Shown one piece after another: positions 62,043-64,000 of a stretch of DNA of 64,000 nt (position 1 is the first letter of the stretch; every line of letters starts with the position of its first letter). Source of the DNA: Myxococcota bacterium (GTDB lineage Bacteria > Myxococcota_A > SURF-8); assembly GCA_963674735.2 (NCBI GenBank), contig CAXXQS010000001.1:2400001-2464000 (forward strand), written 5' to 3'. The notes below the pieces were generated by a model, which was not told the DNA's origin, did not search any database, and saw nothing but the letters and a program-made list of their open reading frames with translations. The translations under genes and the position numbers were made by a program.

Positions 62043-63125
62043 ATGGCGGCTTATCCTTTTCTCACCATTTATCTGGTTCCCGTCGCGGTTTTGATCGGTT
62101 ACCGGTTTGGCGGCGCTTTTCATTACCTGGTACCGGGAATCGTCTTCGGTCTCGTGCCTCTAATCGACTGGATAACGGGTCCGAACCATCGTAATCCCAG
62201 TCCCGAAATGGAAGCATCCCTCTTGGAAACCAAATCATTTCGATTTATTACGTGGATGGCGGTGCCTGTTCAGCTTACCCTGATGTTATGGGGCGCAGCC
62301 GTGGTCGCATCGGGTCGCCTCACTATAGCCGAGGCCGTCGGCCTGACGCTGTCCATCGGAATCAGCGGCGGCGTTATCGGGATCAATGTCAGCCATGAAC
62401 TCATTCATCGAAAAGGACGCTGGGAACCGTTTTTGGGTCGAGCGCTGCTGCTGGGAGTGATGTATTTGCATTGGTCGCTGGAACATGTCTTCGGACACCA
62501 CCGCTGGGTCGGGACTCCTCGCGATCCAGCCACCGCCCGTTACGGTGAATCGCTCTACCGCTTTTTGCCGCGCAGCATTTTCGGCGGATTCGCCAGCGCC
62601 TGGGTCATCGAAGCCGGACGGCTCGAACGACGCCGGGAGGCGCTTTGGGGATCGCACAACCGCCTGTTGCGCTATTTGGCGGCAACCACCATGTTTCTTG
62701 CCTCTATGGGGTTGCTTTGGGGTCCGATCGGCGTCCTCTACTTTGTGTCGCAGAGCGCTACGGCTATTATTTTGCTGGAGATCGTCAATTACATAGAGCA
62801 CTACGGCATCCGACGGCGTAAAATTTCACCCAACCGTTACGAACCCGTGCAAGCGGTTCACTCCTGGAATTCCGCCGAGCGCCTCACAAACTGGCTGTTA
62901 TTCAATCTGCAGCGCCATTCCGATCACCACGCCCGACCACAACGCCGCTACCAAGTGCTGCTCCATCTGGATGAAGCTCCGCAGCTTCCCACCGGTTATG
63001 CCGGCATGCTACTTCTGGCTCTGATACCCCCTCTATGGTTCAAAGTCATGGATGCGCGTCTTCCAGCCGAAATGATCCGGCTATCCGAAAACGAAAAACT
63101 CAATTCCTCGTCACTGGCAGCCTGA
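62043..63125 (+). CDS. alkB: Alkane 1-monooxygenase (AlkB family)
   Basis: His boxes HELIH, EHVFGHH, NYIEHYG, LQRHSDHHA; DPATAR; APQLPTGY; GGAGG RBS. Confidence 0.9.
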   Translation: MAAYPFLTIYLVPVAVLIGYRFGGAFHYLVPGIVFGLVPLIDWITGPNHRNPSPEMEASLLETKSFRFITWMAVPVQLTLMLWGAAVVASGRLTIAEAVGLTLSIGISGGVIGINVSHELIHRKGRWEPFLGRALLLGVMYLHWSLEHVFGHHRWVGTPRDPATARYGESLYRFLPRSIFGGFASAWVIEAGRLERRREALWGSHNRLLRYLAATTMFLASMGLLWGPIGVLYFVSQSATAIILLEIVNYIEHYGIRRRKISPNRYEPVQAVHSWNSAERLTNWLLFNLQRHSDHHARPQRRYQVLLHLDEAPQLPTGYAGMLLLALIPPLWFKVMDARLPAEMIRLSENEKLNSSSLAA

Positions 63126-63289
63126 GTCCGTAATGGGCGCGGGTGCCTCGTTGAAACCCGGCAACTCGACAAATTTTTTACTTGCATTCGTAAACATAAT
63201 GACTAGAATTATTCACCTGCATTCGCTGAAGAAACAGTTTCATCTATCGTCCAAAGGGTGACCAACGGCGTATTCGAGGAGATCATTGC

Positions 63290-63664
63290 ATGGCTTTCAA
63301 AAAGAAAGAACTCCAGCATTACCGGGAACTGCTCCTCAAAAAGCGTGAAGAAATGCTTAGCAGCATCAAAGAACGCAAGCACCGCTCCTTCAAGAACCAG
63401 GAGCAGTTCGTGGAAGAAATCGACCAGGCGGCGCAAGCCTCCGATCAAGCTCTGCATTTGCGTTTATTGGACAAAGACCTGAAACTCCTGCGCGAAATCG
63501 ACCTCGCCTTGGTCCGTTTGGACGAAGGGGAATACGGAATCTGTGCCGGAACAGGCGAAGAAATCGAACGCAAACGCCTGGAACTGCGACCCTGGACCCG
63601 CTACTCGCTGGAGCACAAGGAAGAAATGGAACGCCGCAAAAAACAGCAGAAAATGCTGGGTTAG
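63290..63664 (+). CDS. dksA: DksA/TraR family transcription factor
   Basis: Coiled-coil tip EEIDQA; IDLAL.RL..GEYGIC..TGEEI...RL..RPW. Confidence 0.85.
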   Translation: MAFKKKELQHYRELLLKKREEMLSSIKERKHRSFKNQEQFVEEIDQAAQASDQALHLRLLDKDLKLLREIDLALVRLDEGEYGICAGTGEEIERKRLELRPWTRYSLEHKEEMERRKKQQKMLG

Positions 63665-63912
63665 CTCCACGCGGCACTCGATTCGGTTTTTCCGCCGGAA
63701 GCGGACAGGCCATAGATTCAATTCAAATTTCGTAAGGTGGGGGTTTGCGATTATCACGCCGGAAAAGCGTGGCTCGTGCTTTTTCTTTACATTCCCACCC
63801 AATGGTGTTTGAATACGCACGGGATGCTGATTAATGGAATAATTCCAGTGGGGTATTCGTCGTACAAAAGGATTTCACACTATCCTCACCGACACTGATT
63901 AAGGAGAGAACC

Positions 63913-64000
63913 ATGAAATTTGCCCAATTGACCGATTTTCCGATTGTCTTGAAAGGTATTGTCGATATTTCCCCCGCCGGTGCCAAGGTGCTCGACGCTA
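63913..64000 (+). CDS. 5' end of an unidentified CDS (truncated by window end)
   Basis: AAGGAG RBS, then MKFAQLTDFPIVLKGIVDISPAGAKVLDA open to the end of the window. Confidence 0.6.
   Translation, partial: MKFAQLTDFPIVLKGIVDISPAGAKVLDA

Overview
GC-rich bacterial chromosomal segment, most consistent with a deltaproteobacterial/Myxococcota-like organism (inferred from a MYXO-CTERM-like sorting tail, many DGD-linker lipoproteins and the MCP tail). About 45 CDS. Housekeeping genes: glyA, hisC, plsB, tkt, dnaG-rpoD, hemW, serS, fadH-like, dksA. Also chemotaxis/signalling genes (cheW, MCP, HTH-REC, REC-GAF-HD-GYP), glycan enzymes, btuF, alkB and a cobalamin riboswitch. No rRNA, tRNA, CRISPR array, transposase or reverse transcriptase was recognised. 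The most unusual structure is in the repeats. (1) Three outer-membrane beta-barrel paralogues share a near-identical ~330-bp promoter+leader block but have divergent barrels, suggesting cassette-type surface variation. (2) An AT-rich DUF559 nuclease gene is flanked by REP-like palindromes, and its 3' end plus the palindromes is triplicated as a 187-188-bp tandem array. (3) A ~182-bp MITE with 14-bp TIRs, 10-bp target duplications and an internal REP doublet occurs twice. (4) An AT-rich ankyrin-lipoprotein islet is bracketed by GTAG-type REPs. (5) The B12 riboswitch controls an unknown 82-aa CbiX-like protein rather than btuF. (6) The SHMT is of the archaeal type. All family calls were made by eye from motifs; no searches were run.
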